DNA of 32,442 nt, taken from the NCBI RefSeq assembly GCF_006345805.1, contig NW_021832892.1, forward strand, positions 1 to 32,442, written 5' to 3'. The translations under genes were made by a program, and so were the position numbers. Under the pieces are notes generated by a model. The model was not told where the DNA came from. It saw nothing but the letters and a program-made list of their open reading frames with translations, and made no database searches. Below, piece by piece: positions 22,030 to 32,442 of this stretch (position 1 is its first letter; each line of letters starts with the position of its first letter). Source of the stretch: Octopus sinensis. Taxonomy: Eukaryota.

Positions 22030-22249
22030 GTATGAGCGTAAGTTCGATTCCCGGCGGCGAGTTTTGTTCTTGAGCAAGATATTCTATTTCTCTTTGCTCC
22101 AGTCCACTCAGCTGGCAAAAATGAGATGTACCTGTAATTCAATGGGTCAGCTTTGTCACACTCTGTATCACGCTGAATTTCCTCGGAGGGGAGCTGTCTC
22201 GGTGCAATCCTATGGTCATACATGACTGAAGGGGGTGTTTACTTTTCCC

Positions 22250-22254
<5 letters not shown>
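22030..22254 (+). mobile_element. tRNA-derived SINE (family C), 5'-truncated
   Basis: B-box AAGTTCGATTCC, central GTTCTTGAGCAAGA..TTGCTCCAGTCCACTCAGCTGGCAAAAATGAG, a terminal 7-bp hairpin AAGGGGG/CCCCCTT, then (TA)n. Confidence 0.65.
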
Positions 22255-22297
<43 letters not shown>

Positions 22298-22302
<5 letters not shown>

Positions 22303-22715
22303 GGAATGGCTGTATGGAAGTAGTTTGCTAACCAATCACATGGTTTCGGGTTCAGTGTCACTGTGTGAGACACCTTGGGCAAGTGTCTTCTACTATAGCC
22401 TCGGGCTGACCAAAGACTTGTGAGTGGATTTGGTAGACAGAAACTGAAAGAAGCCCGTCGTATATATATATATATATATATATATATTCATATTTATAGT
22501 TATATATATGTATATGTCTGTGTCTGTGTTTGTCCTCCACCATCGCTTGACAATCGACGTTGGTGTGTTTACGTCCCCATAAATTAGCGGTTCGGCAAAA
22601 AAGATCGATAGAATAAGTACTAAGTTTACAAATAATAAGTCCTGGGGTCGGTTTGTTCGACTAGAGGCGGTGCTCCATCATGGGCGCAGTCAAATGACTG
22701 AAACAAGTAAAAGAA
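22298..22715 (+). mobile_element. SINE family A, full length
   Basis: Colinear with 19060-19458. Confidence 0.85.
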
Positions 22716-22719
22716 TATA

Positions 22720-22880
22720 CGAGGGTGAGTGAAAAAGTAATGCCATTTTGTTTAGGACAGGTATAATTACCAACACAGGAACATGTATCATACATCAAAA
22801 TGAAGCTGGTCCTCTGTGGATCACAACCCTACTTCTCAACATAATCACAGTTTCTCTCAATAGCAAAGTTTCACCTTCGA
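22720..22880 (-). mobile_element. mariner terminal fragment (TIR plus last codons)
   Basis: TA|CGAGGGTGAGTGAAAAAGTAATGCC mariner-type TIR. The minus strand encodes AIERNCDYVEK* (the mariner C-terminal YVEK motif). Confidence 0.7.
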
Positions 22881-23268
22881 ATTTTACATATTCTAAATTT
22901 CTAAATTTCGGTGTGTGGTGAAGCAAATTTTTGCTGAACCGTAATCATAATCATAAAAGTTTTGTTTAAGTTTACCGATAATGGTTCTTGTAACATACTG
23001 AACTACTTGGTAAAATTATTAATTTTAAATTAATTAATTAATTTTACCCTTTATTCTATATATATACATGCATGTGTGTGTGTAGACTTCCTTCGTCCCA
23101 GCTCACTCGACAAACTGTTTCCTTTCTGTATTTCTTTCACGAGTATAACACCAATACGTCCTCTGAACTCGCTATTTCCTTTCATCCCAACTCACTGCAC
23201 ATTCAGTTTCTTCTTTCTGCTGATTCTGCGCACTACAACATCAGCTCTTTTACGAAATATCTACTTGA

Positions 23269-23487
23269 AAGTGGCGAGCTGGCAGAATCGTTAGCACGTC
23301 GGGCAAAATGCTTAGCGGCATGCCGTCTGTTTTTATGCTCTGAGTTCAAATTCCGCCAAGGTCGGCTTTGCTTTTCATCCTTTCGGGGTCGATAAAATAA
23401 ATACCAGTTGCGCACTGGGGTCGATGTAACCAACTAGACCCCTTCCCCGAACTTGCTGGCCTTGTGCCAAAATTTGAAACTTATGAA
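23269..23487 (+). mobile_element. SINE family B (CORE-type), full length
   Basis: GGCGAGCTGGCAGAATCGTTAGCACG, GAGTTCAAATTCC, GGTCGGCTTTGCTTTTCATCCTTTCGGGGTCGATAAAA, tail CTTGTGCCAAAATTTGAAAC. Confidence 0.85.
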
Positions 23488-23699
23488 ATATATACCTCCA
23501 TAGAGGTTTATACACTCCAGGAGTGTAGCGGTAGTACTTTTGGTGTCTGTCAGTTGCACCTCGATAGGGATTCAATTCCCAATCTCTCATTTGATGGCTC
23601 CTGGTGTCACATCCCATCCCCCACTTCAGTTGGTGGGCTAAACTAAGTGATTGTATGGTGTTAACACTGCATCTGTTGGCGAATACATCCGGGTAAGAT

Positions 23700-24040
23700 T
23701 TCCCAATGAGTTACCAACTAGGACGAAGGGGGCCGGCTCACGTCAACTTCGTAGTGTTTGGGATCAAGGCGTGCCTCAGGTTGAGGTGGTGGCTAACAGC
23801 TCGGAGAGGAATTGATGCTGCCAAGCTAACTTGCCTATGTTACACTCATGATGACGAAGCAGACCAGAACCCATGCAGAATCGGACGTCGCCCGGGTTGA
23901 CGTCAAAGAATGGACAGACCTCAATTTTACCAATTCACACAGGGCAGCAGAAGGCCGAGAAAAGTTGCGAAATCTGGTTTCGACGTCATCAACGAATGCC
24001 CTGACGACCACATGGTCAAGGGATAGGAAGGAAGAATACT
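23700..24040 (+). pseudogene. RTE-like LINE 3' terminal fragment
   Basis: LRLRWW, then DVKEWTDLNFTNSHRAAEGREKLRNLVSTSS..SRDR, resembling the RTE C-terminal W.D.VKEWT...RAAEDR..WR.LV motif. Confidence 0.6.
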
Positions 24041-24070
24041 ACCTCTGGCCAAACCCAGTCAAAACACACC

Positions 24071-24605
24071 GGTGGAATTCTGGTTTAAGCACCCATATAA
24101 ACCTTCATAACTGTTTTAGTTTTCGGAATTTTCAGAAATTTTTTGCGAATCTGTGTTTTACACATGAAAATTTATATGATTATGCAAAAATGTTTTGCGT
24201 GTGGTGTAAGGGCGATTCACCTGTTATTTTTAGCACACCTCACGACCACCTGATACCTTCCTCGTTTCTTTGTTACTCTTACATGTATTGATGCTCTTCA
24301 GTATTTTTCTCCCCACAAACGCATTTAACACAATGATGATATACCCAAGGGTAGTCCATTGCTGGGATTTAAGCAATACATTCGGATTGTCCGTATTTTA
24401 AACTCTTATGTTTAAAAAAAAACATATTCGATAAAGAAAATGGAACTTTTAAGATTTAAGGAGAAAGGGGAAAGATTTTAAAAATTAAAAAAATTTGTTC
24501 ATAATCGTTTGAATTTCCGTGCGTAGAAAAAAATTCGCACAAATTTTCTAAAAATAAAAAAAAATTATGAGGGTTTATAAGGGGGGCCGAAACCAGAATT
24601 CCGCC
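24071..24605. mobile_element. 535-bp MITE with ~120-bp imperfect TIRs and a perfect 8-bp TSD
   Basis: Termini GGTGGAATTCTGGTTT and AAACCAGAATTCCGCC. The arms (24071-24195 and 24485-24605) align in inverse. AACACACC occurs at 24063-24070 and 24606-24613. Confidence 0.9.
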
Positions 24606-24964
24606 AACACACCAGTCCTCACCACATTTGCGCCTACAAGATTTCCCATTAAACACTCGATTCAATTCATATAGCATATAGACTGCAAGTTTATATGCTA
24701 GACTTCCTGCCCGCAAGTTTCCTGCATACATCAATCTACGGATGTTCAAACTGATTAGCACATATCAGAAATGGCTGCAAAAAATAAAGGCAAAAAACAC
24801 ACGAAACCCTTTGACTAAGTAAGACAAAAGCAAAGCAAAATCAAGTAAATAATTTCCTTTAATGAAGTACCAGTAATTGACGAGGGTACCATTTATTCAA
24901 CAATTCAACCATTCCTTAGATTTCCTTTGATTTTAGTCATTGCAAGCAAAACACTTCAGACATG

Positions 24965-25440
24965 TTTGCCACCGTCACCACCGCCGCTGACGCGCCCTTA
25001 ACCGCCACCGTCGCCACCATCACCACCACCACCATCACAACCATCACCTTCATCATCATCATCATCATCATCACTACAACCACCACCACCACCACCACCA
25101 CCACCACCACAACCATCACCACCACCACCATCACCATCATCATCATCATCATCATCACTACAACCACCACCACCACCACCACCACCACCATCACCATCAC
25201 CACCACCACCACCACCACCACCACCACCACCACCACCACAACCATCATCATCATCATCATCATCATCATCACTACAACCACCACCACCACCACCACCACC
25301 ACAACCATCACCACCACCACCATCACCATCATCATCATCATCATCATCATCACTACAACCACCACCACCACCACCACCACCACCATCACCATCACCACCA
25401 CCACCACCACCACCACCACCACCACCACCACCACCACCAA

Positions 25441-25470
<30 letters not shown>
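24965..25470. repeat. (CAC)n/(CAT)n microsatellite with higher-order period
   Basis: Marker CACTACAAC at 25072, 25156, 25270 and 25351. Confidence 0.9.
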
Positions 25471-25471
<1 letters not shown>

Positions 25472-25988
25472 CCACAACATTATCAACAAGAAAAGAGAAC
25501 ATTAACAACAACCATAATAACAACAATAATCACAACCACAACAACATACAGCATATATAAATGTTGATACACACACACACGCACACACACACACACATAT
25601 ATATGCACACAAACACACAGATTAAAACTCAAACACAGGCACACACACACACAATCACAAACAAGCATTCTTACACACACACACACACGCACTCACACAC
25701 ACACACATTAAAAAACCACACCCAAACCACGAAACAGTCCGTTACACGTCACTTTTAGATAAGATGTGGCAGAACCACTTTCTCTTTCTCTGCCCCCCGT
25801 CTCTCTCTCTCCACGTTCTCCTCTTTCCACTCTCTCTCTCTAATCCCCCACTTTTTGTCCTTCTGCCCATCACTGGATCCCTCTTTTTCTTATTCTCTCA
25901 ACCAATCAAATCTGCCGTAAATCACATCCTTATGTCACATCAGGTAATAAATGCATACATATATACATATACATACATACATACATAC

Positions 25989-26019
<31 letters not shown>

Positions 26020-26130
26020 TGTATGTATGTATGTATGTATGTATGTATGTGTGTATGCATGTATGTATTTATATATGTATATATATATATATATATGCAT
26101 ATATATATATATATATACATACACATACAG

Positions 26131-26207
<77 letters not shown>

Positions 26208-26926
26208 ATATAATATATTATATGTATACACACACACAAACACGCACTCATACACACGTACACATATATGTATATATGTATCCCTAAAAACACGAGATGG
26301 TCACCGCTGGATCACCTCAGAACATACGTCTGTTTTTGAGCGACTACCTTCATTCTTTCTCTCTCAGTCTTTCCCGTCCACAATTTTTCACTTTATTTTA
26401 CTCTCTCTCTCTCTCTTCTCTTTCTTTCTTTTTTCATTCTCTCTCTCTCTCTTTCTTCCTCTTTCTCTAATTCTTTCTCCGTCTCATTCACTTTCCTTCT
26501 CTGATCCCAGTTCAACGCACTTTCAAGCGGACTGAAATTCTGTCTCTGTCGACTTTCCATACGGAACGATCAGTGAACATATATGGAAAGTTCAATTTCC
26601 TCCGAGCAACATATCCTATCATTCATTGGACAAATACTAAACCAGGCCACAACAACCAACAACAACAACAACCACAACACCAACAACGGCAGCAACAATA
26701 ATACTGATAAGCATGTGTTTTTTTTATAATTCTTTGTTTATATTTTGTTGAGTGTTTTTGCTTCATATTTTATTTCTTCGGTTTTTATTTTGCGTAGATT
26801 TATAGTCTTGAGGAAGTTGCTGCATCAGCTATTGCGGGAACAAGTGCGTGTGTATACATGTACGTATGTATACACACACACACACAATCATACAAACACA
26901 CACAATCATACAAACACACACAAACG

Positions 26927-26960
<34 letters not shown>

Positions 26961-27299
26961 CAGATAATTTATATGTTGTGCCTGCGTGTATATGTGTGTG
27001 TGTGCAGCCTGTAATTTATACAGCCATTACGCAAAGTTTCGTAGATATAAAATACACATATCGAATCGACCAGATGCTAGACAGAAGTGACATTTTAAGC
27101 TGCATTCTGGTTGCAAGATGGGTCTGTAGTGGTCGTAGATAAACTCTTTTCGCATTGGGCAGTCCAAAAAGTCGTGGTGTGCTGCTGGCGTATTTCATTG
27201 GAAAGTGCTATTAGGATCTAAGAGAAACAACTCGGTTCAGATTCATTTTCGACTTTCTTTGACTTGTCTTCTGAATTTGATTATTGGTTGAAACTAACA

Positions 27300-27860
27300 C
27301 GTAAGAAATACTTGTCAAGGGTGATAATTAGAAATCATCTCGGACTTCTTGTTTCTTCAAAATATGCAGTTTCTCAACCAGACAGAGCCTGCAGTGATAC
27401 ACTTCACTGAACAATAAAAGGACTCTAGAAATAATCTTGCATGTGATAGGGGAAGTTATATCCTTGATTTGAAAGCTTCCAGATATAACAGAACAAGAAG
27501 GCGGAGTTTATCTGGTCACTAAATCTAAATGAATCCAGTTTATAGCAATGCTGTCCCTTGAAGTAATTAGCAGTAAGCCTCACAACGTTCTTCTGGATAC
27601 CATCTGGACAAACGAGTATAGCTCTACACACCATAGCTTGGGAGAAACAGTCTCATCAACGTTAAATGAGTCAATTTTGGAAATTGTAGGTGAATGCATG
27701 GGGTGGAAGCTGCGCAGATATGTGCTTTCGGCTATGGTAATATTGTCTAGGCAACGATAGCTGATCTTAACATCATTTGCGTTGAAGAGATTATATTAGT
27801 ACTTAAAGATTTTTCCTGACCCATTTCCAAGGTCTGGGATAAACGAAACTTGGCATAATT
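27300..27860 (-). pseudogene. Second Penelope-like retroelement remnant (linker plus GIY-YIG)
   Basis: Minus strand: FNANDVKISYRCLDNI (27787-27740), VCRAILVCPDGIQKNVVRLTANYFKG...SAFLFCYIWKLSNQGY, and CRLCLVEKLHIL (27393-27360). This follows the PLE KISYSC and C.LCL.EK pattern. Confidence 0.75.
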
Positions 27861-27984
27861 ATTAGTCCTTCTCTACATAGCCACCACCAATGGTGAAACA
27901 CTTCTCTCATCGCTTTATGCAGTTGTGAAGACCTCAGCTGTAGAAGACAGTAGATTGTGTCTGGAGCCAAGACTTTACCTCGGA

Positions 27985-28948
27985 AATAAGAAATCATCCA
28001 AAAAGTGTTTCCCCTTCAAAAACGACTTCATGGTTGGAAGAGAGGTAGAAAGTCAGATGGTGCGAGGTCAGGAGAGTAAGGGGGTATGATGAAGGATTTC
28101 TTAGCTTAGTGTGCTTTTATCTGGGCAACATGCGCATTGTGAACAAGAGGAGGCGGACTCCTCTGGACAACATGCCACACCTTTCTGCTTTGATGGTGTT
28201 CCGCAATTTCTGAAGCAGAGAAGCATGATATTCACTGTTAATTGTGTTACCCTTTGCCAGAAAATCTATCATCACTACTCCGCGCTGGTCGCCAAAGACT
28301 GTGAGCATCATCTTGCCTGCTGAGGGTTGGACACGAGCCTTCTTTGGAGGTGGTGAGTTATCATGCTTCCCTTGCTTCGACTGTACTTTAGTCTCAGGAT
28401 TATAGTGATGGACCCATGTTTCTTCCTGTGTGATAAGTCTGCCGAAAAAGTCCTTGTTTTCTTGACGCATTGCCAAAAGAGACTGGGAGCAATTAACTTG
28501 TTCCTGCTTCTGAAAAGGTGGGGAGATTCGGGGAATCAATAATGCAGGCAACTTGGGCAAGTGCAAATGGTCGTGAAGGATTTTTTTCTACGGACCTTAC
28601 ACATATCTTCAATTCTTGGGCTTGTTGCTGAATAGTTATGCGGCGATCCTCTAGAATGGCAGCTTCCACAATGTGGTCGTCCAGAAATAGGAACAGTTTT
28701 CACCGACGTCCAACCATATTGGAACTGGCGATGCCAGTGCTTGACTACGTCGTATGATGGTGCATTGTCACCATAAACGTCTTTCATCTCATCGAAAGTC
28801 TCCTTTAGTGTACGACCTTTCAAGTATAAAAACCTGATCACTGATCTGCATTCAACATGGAGTGACATGTATGATTATACATGTACAAGTTGAGTTTCCT
28901 GCAATAACCGGAAGTGGGTCAGAGGAAATCTTTAATGAAAACCCCTCG
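27985..28948 (-). mobile_element. mariner transposon, 3'-truncated, one TIR
   Basis: TIR CGAGGGGTTTTCATTAAAGATTTCCTCTGACCCACTTCC followed by TA. It encodes ECRSVIRFLYLKG...VKHWHRQF, SGRP, LITQEETWVHHY and PSAGKMMLTVF. Frameshifted; same subfamily as 7729-8778. Confidence 0.9.
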
Positions 28949-29012
28949 TATGTAGTCAAGAAGTGGTGTCTTACAGGAGACAGATGTTCCTCACAATATT
29001 TATATTGATGTC

Positions 29013-29172
29013 AAGGCAGCGAGATGGCAGGAACGATATCATGCCGGACAAAATGCTTAGCGGTAATTCGTTCGTCTAGACGTTCTGAGTTCAAATTTCG
29101 CCGTGATCAACTTTGCTCTTCATTTTTTAGAGGTCGAAAAAATAATTACCAATTGTGCACTGGAGTCGATAT
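29013..29172 (+). mobile_element. SINE family B, diverged, tail lost
   Basis: AAGGCAGCGAGATGGCAG...AAAATGCTTAGCGG...GTTCTGAGTTCAAATTT...GAGGTCGAAAAAA. Confidence 0.7.
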
Positions 29173-29442
29173 TTGTAGTAATGTCTAAACAAGATGAATT
29201 TTCCTGTTGGTTTTCCTCGAGTGTGTGACTGGCAGCGGGTTTAGCATGTAAATTAACTTATTAATAAAGCCACACACGGCTAGGGCTTCGCGGCCGCAAG
29301 GGGTTACCTTGTCAAAAGAAGTCGGAGGATAAATTGGAAATTCTTATAGTATGAGGTCCATCGCTTATAAGCTTTTAGCTTATAGAATATTATCATTATT
29401 CACAGAAAAAATATATATGTATATATATATACATAATACATA

Positions 29443-29522
29443 AGTTACCGGGTCGTAAACAGGCCAACACCGGTTGTCATGCGGTGGTGGGGGACAAACA
29501 CAGACACAAAGATATATATATA

Positions 29523-29557
<35 letters not shown>

Positions 29558-29708
29558 CAACGAGCTTCTTTCAGTTCCGTCTACCAATCCACTCACAAGG
29601 TTTTGGTCGGTCCGTGGCTATAGAAGGAGGCACATGCCTAAGGTGCCACGCAGTGGGACTGAATCCAAACTATGCGGTTGGGAAGCAAGCTTCTTATCAC
29701 ACAGCCAT
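29443..29708 (-). mobile_element. SINE family A, head and centre
   Basis: GCTTCTTTCAGTTCCGTCTACCAATCCACTCACAAGG...GGTGCCACGCAGTGGGACTGAA...ACACAGCCAT is the reverse complement of the family consensus. Confidence 0.8.
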
Positions 29709-29827
29709 ATATATGTTTCTTATATGTGTATGTGCGTTTGTGCGTGTTCGTGCGCGCGCGTTTGTATATGCATAGTCTCCCTCTCTCTAAATATATATAT
29801 TATATATAGATATATATATATATATAC

Positions 29828-29859
<32 letters not shown>

Positions 29860-30287
29860 CATATATTTAGTATGTATAAGTAATATATATGTATGCATCT
29901 GCATATATGTGTATATATATATATTTATATATACATGCATAATGTATATGTGTATGTACGTATGTATGTTTGCATGTATCTATTATCTATCTATCTATCT
30001 GTATATATATACATACATATATATATATATGCATAATGTATATGTGTAGGTACGTACGTATGTATGTTTGATTGTATCTATCTATATATTCATACGTACA
30101 TGCACACACACATACACGTACACGCGCACACAACACACACACACACACACTGTTATATGTATATACATATACTCTCGGACACATAATTAGTAAAAGAGAG
30201 GAAAACCAAAACGAAATCTCGTCACATAGAGAAATGCGTCTGAAGCGTCCATAATGAGCCTCCGCGTAGTGACGTTGCACCTTCCAG

Positions 30288-30333
30288 TTAATCTCACAGA
30301 AACATGGAGATAAATACTTCATCAACGGAAAAG
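30288..30333 (+). other. Candidate micro-exon
   Basis: Branch-like GTGAC plus TTGCACCTTCCAG| acceptor, 46 nt open only in phase 0 (LISQKHGDKYFINGK), and a weak donor AAG|GTTAAG. Confidence 0.15.
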
Positions 30334-30471
30334 GTTAAGGCTTAAGATTTATAAACCATTTCCAGCCTTGCGCTGATAAACTCTTCATCCATGCGCTGGT
30401 AGGATGGACAGCAACAACAATGTTTTCTAGATAGCATGGATGATTAATATTTTATTTCGTAAAACTAGTGT

Positions 30472-30490
30472 GTATACATACATGCATACA

Positions 30491-30522
<32 letters not shown>

Positions 30523-31444
30523 CATACATACATACATACATACATACACATACATACTACACACATACATACATACATACATACATACATACATACATAC
30601 ATCATACATACATACTACAACATACAAATAATAACATACATCAACATACATACATCATACATACATACATACATACATCCATAATACATACATACAACTA
30701 CATACATACATACATACATACATACATACATACATACATCATACATACAACATACATACATACATCCATACAATACATACATACATACATACATACATAC
30801 TCATACATACATACATACATACATACATGCATACATACATACATACATACATACATACATACATACATACATACCATACATACATACATACAACATACAA
30901 TACATACATACATACATACATACATACATACATACATACATACATACATACATCATACATACATACATACATACAGAATACATACATACATACATACATA
31001 CATACATACATACATACATACATACAACATACATACATACATACATACATACATACATACTTGCATACATACATACATACATACATACATACATACATAC
31101 ACATACATACATACATACATAATACATACATAAAACATACATACATACATACATACATACATACATGCATCACTACATACATACATACATACATACATAC
31201 ATACATACATACATCCATACATACATACATACATACATACTACAGCCATCATACATCCATACATACATACATACATACATACATACATACATACATACAT
31301 ACATACATACATACATACATACATACTACATACATACATACATACATACATACATACATACATACATACATACATACATACATACATACATACATACATA
31401 CATACATACATACATACATACATGCATACATACATACATACATA
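30472..31444. repeat. (CATA)n tetranucleotide array, ~0.97 kb
   Basis: Directly visible, with many single-base indels. Confidence 0.97.
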
Positions 31445-31569
31445 GAGACTGAAAATGTAGATTATGTCATATTTCTGTGGAAGGCATTACGCGTGTGGTT
31501 TGAAGCTGCTCAAAAATGTCATCAAGGTACTTCTTCGCTATGCGACGCGACATTGCTGCCAAAACAATA

Positions 31570-31925
31570 CATTGGGTTGTCCGGAAAGTTCGTGCCGATT
31601 TTTAAAGGAAAGAAAAAGGTCAATAAATACTTGCCATTACATTTTTATCAACCAATATGAACATTTTTTTGTTTCACAATGCGTCTCCATCTTTCCTTTA
31701 ACTTGAAATACCCTCTTCCCAGAATTGAGGTGGTTTCATGGCAAAGAATTCATCAAGGTATCTTTTTACATCATCCAAGGAATTGAAACTTTTACCATTA
31801 AGACTATTCTGCAGAGACCTGAATAAGTGGAAATCCGAAGGAGCAATATCTGGTGAATATGAAGGTAACTGATCCCAGCCGAGCTGCAGCAATTTTTGTC
31901 TGGTTCCCAAAGCATCAAGTGCCGA
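31570..31925 (-). mobile_element. mariner 3' fragment (different subfamily, Hsmar1/cecropia-like)
   Basis: TA|CATTGGGTTGTCCGGAAAGTTCG TIR. It encodes TRQKLLQLGW...SYSPDIAPSDFHLFRSLQNSLNGKSF. Confidence 0.85.
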
Positions 31926-31984
31926 AAATGAACTTTCTTATCTTCCATTTTAAAGGGTTACAGAATTAACACAGATTATAGGAA

Positions 31985-32442
31985 CATAAATCTTCTTCCA
32001 CGAAAAGATAGATTAAACTGTGGAGGTGTAGTCAAATCCTATTTTATGGACTCAACCATGATCTAAAATAAGTCGAAAGCTAAGCTACTATAAGTCGGCA
32101 TGAACATTCCGGACAACTCAATACAATTCCGTCCGGAAAAAAAAGACTCCGGAATAAGTATAGAGAAACCGACTGTTATTGAATACGTACACCAATATCA
32201 CCACAAAGAATACTCGTAGAAACATTACATCATAATATCTGTTAAGTGTAAGCATAATACGTCGGATATTGTTATTTGGGACGAACAAGAAAAGACATGT
32301 AGCGTCACAGAGGTCAATTATCTCTTTGGAAATCAAAGAGAAAGAAGATAACAATGAAGAACTGCTTCGAAACCTCCAACTTCTATGTCCGAATTACAAG
32401 TTTATATTTATACCAATAATAATTAGTGCACGTGACTGTGTA
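31985..32442 (+). pseudogene. Non-LTR retrotransposon with restriction-like endonuclease (R2/R4/NeSL group), C-terminal fragment
   Basis: From 32163: EKPTVIEYVHQYHHKEYS*KHYIIISVKCKHNTSDIVIWDEQEKTCSVTEV, then a frameshifted KEKEDNNEELLRNLQLLCPNYKFIFIPIIISA. This resembles the RLE motif (RPDIV.WD...C.V.E.S.P...KE..Y..L...P...GALG). It runs off the window. Confidence 0.75.

Noticed and set aside
24456-24761. ORF start LISLNIRRL, faintly like an APE endonuclease N-terminus
   Set aside because: No further APE motifs are present, and half of the ORF lies in the MITE arm.
31698-31910. SETMAR/Hsmar1-like peptide as a domesticated gene exon
   Set aside because: It has an internal deletion in the HPPYSPD motif, a flanking TIR and a truncation, so it is an ordinary decayed mariner.

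Overview
This window is AT-rich, microsatellite-dense eukaryotic (animal) non-coding DNA with no intact protein-coding gene. The repeat landscape resembles octopus/cephalopod genomic DNA; that assignment is an inference from recalled SINE types and was not checked. Nearly all ORFs in the six-frame track are translations of (TA)n, (CA)n, (TACA)n or trinucleotide microsatellites. The real content is a layered set of decayed mobile elements: a Helitron (Rep C-terminus, PIF1 helicase and intact 3' end), four mariner pieces, two Penelope-like (PLE) GIY-YIG remnants, two RTE LINE 3' ends, an RLE-type LINE end, about 25 tRNA-derived SINE copies or fragments in three families, and several MITE/fold-back elements, one with a perfect 8-bp TSD. 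The most notable signal is a set of type I hammerhead-ribozyme folds in short (~200-250 nt) non-coding units next to (TA)n tracts. One is well formed with long helices (1404-1477). Three are related minimal hammerheads with a palindromic ACGU stem III, a variant core and compensatory stem I changes (3448, 3813, 18694), two of them in tandem just upstream of a PLE remnant. Two more are decayed (2771, 12394). Together they suggest non-autonomous, ribozyme-bearing PLE-derived or retrozyme-like elements. All folds and translations were done by hand, and boundaries of decayed elements are approximate.
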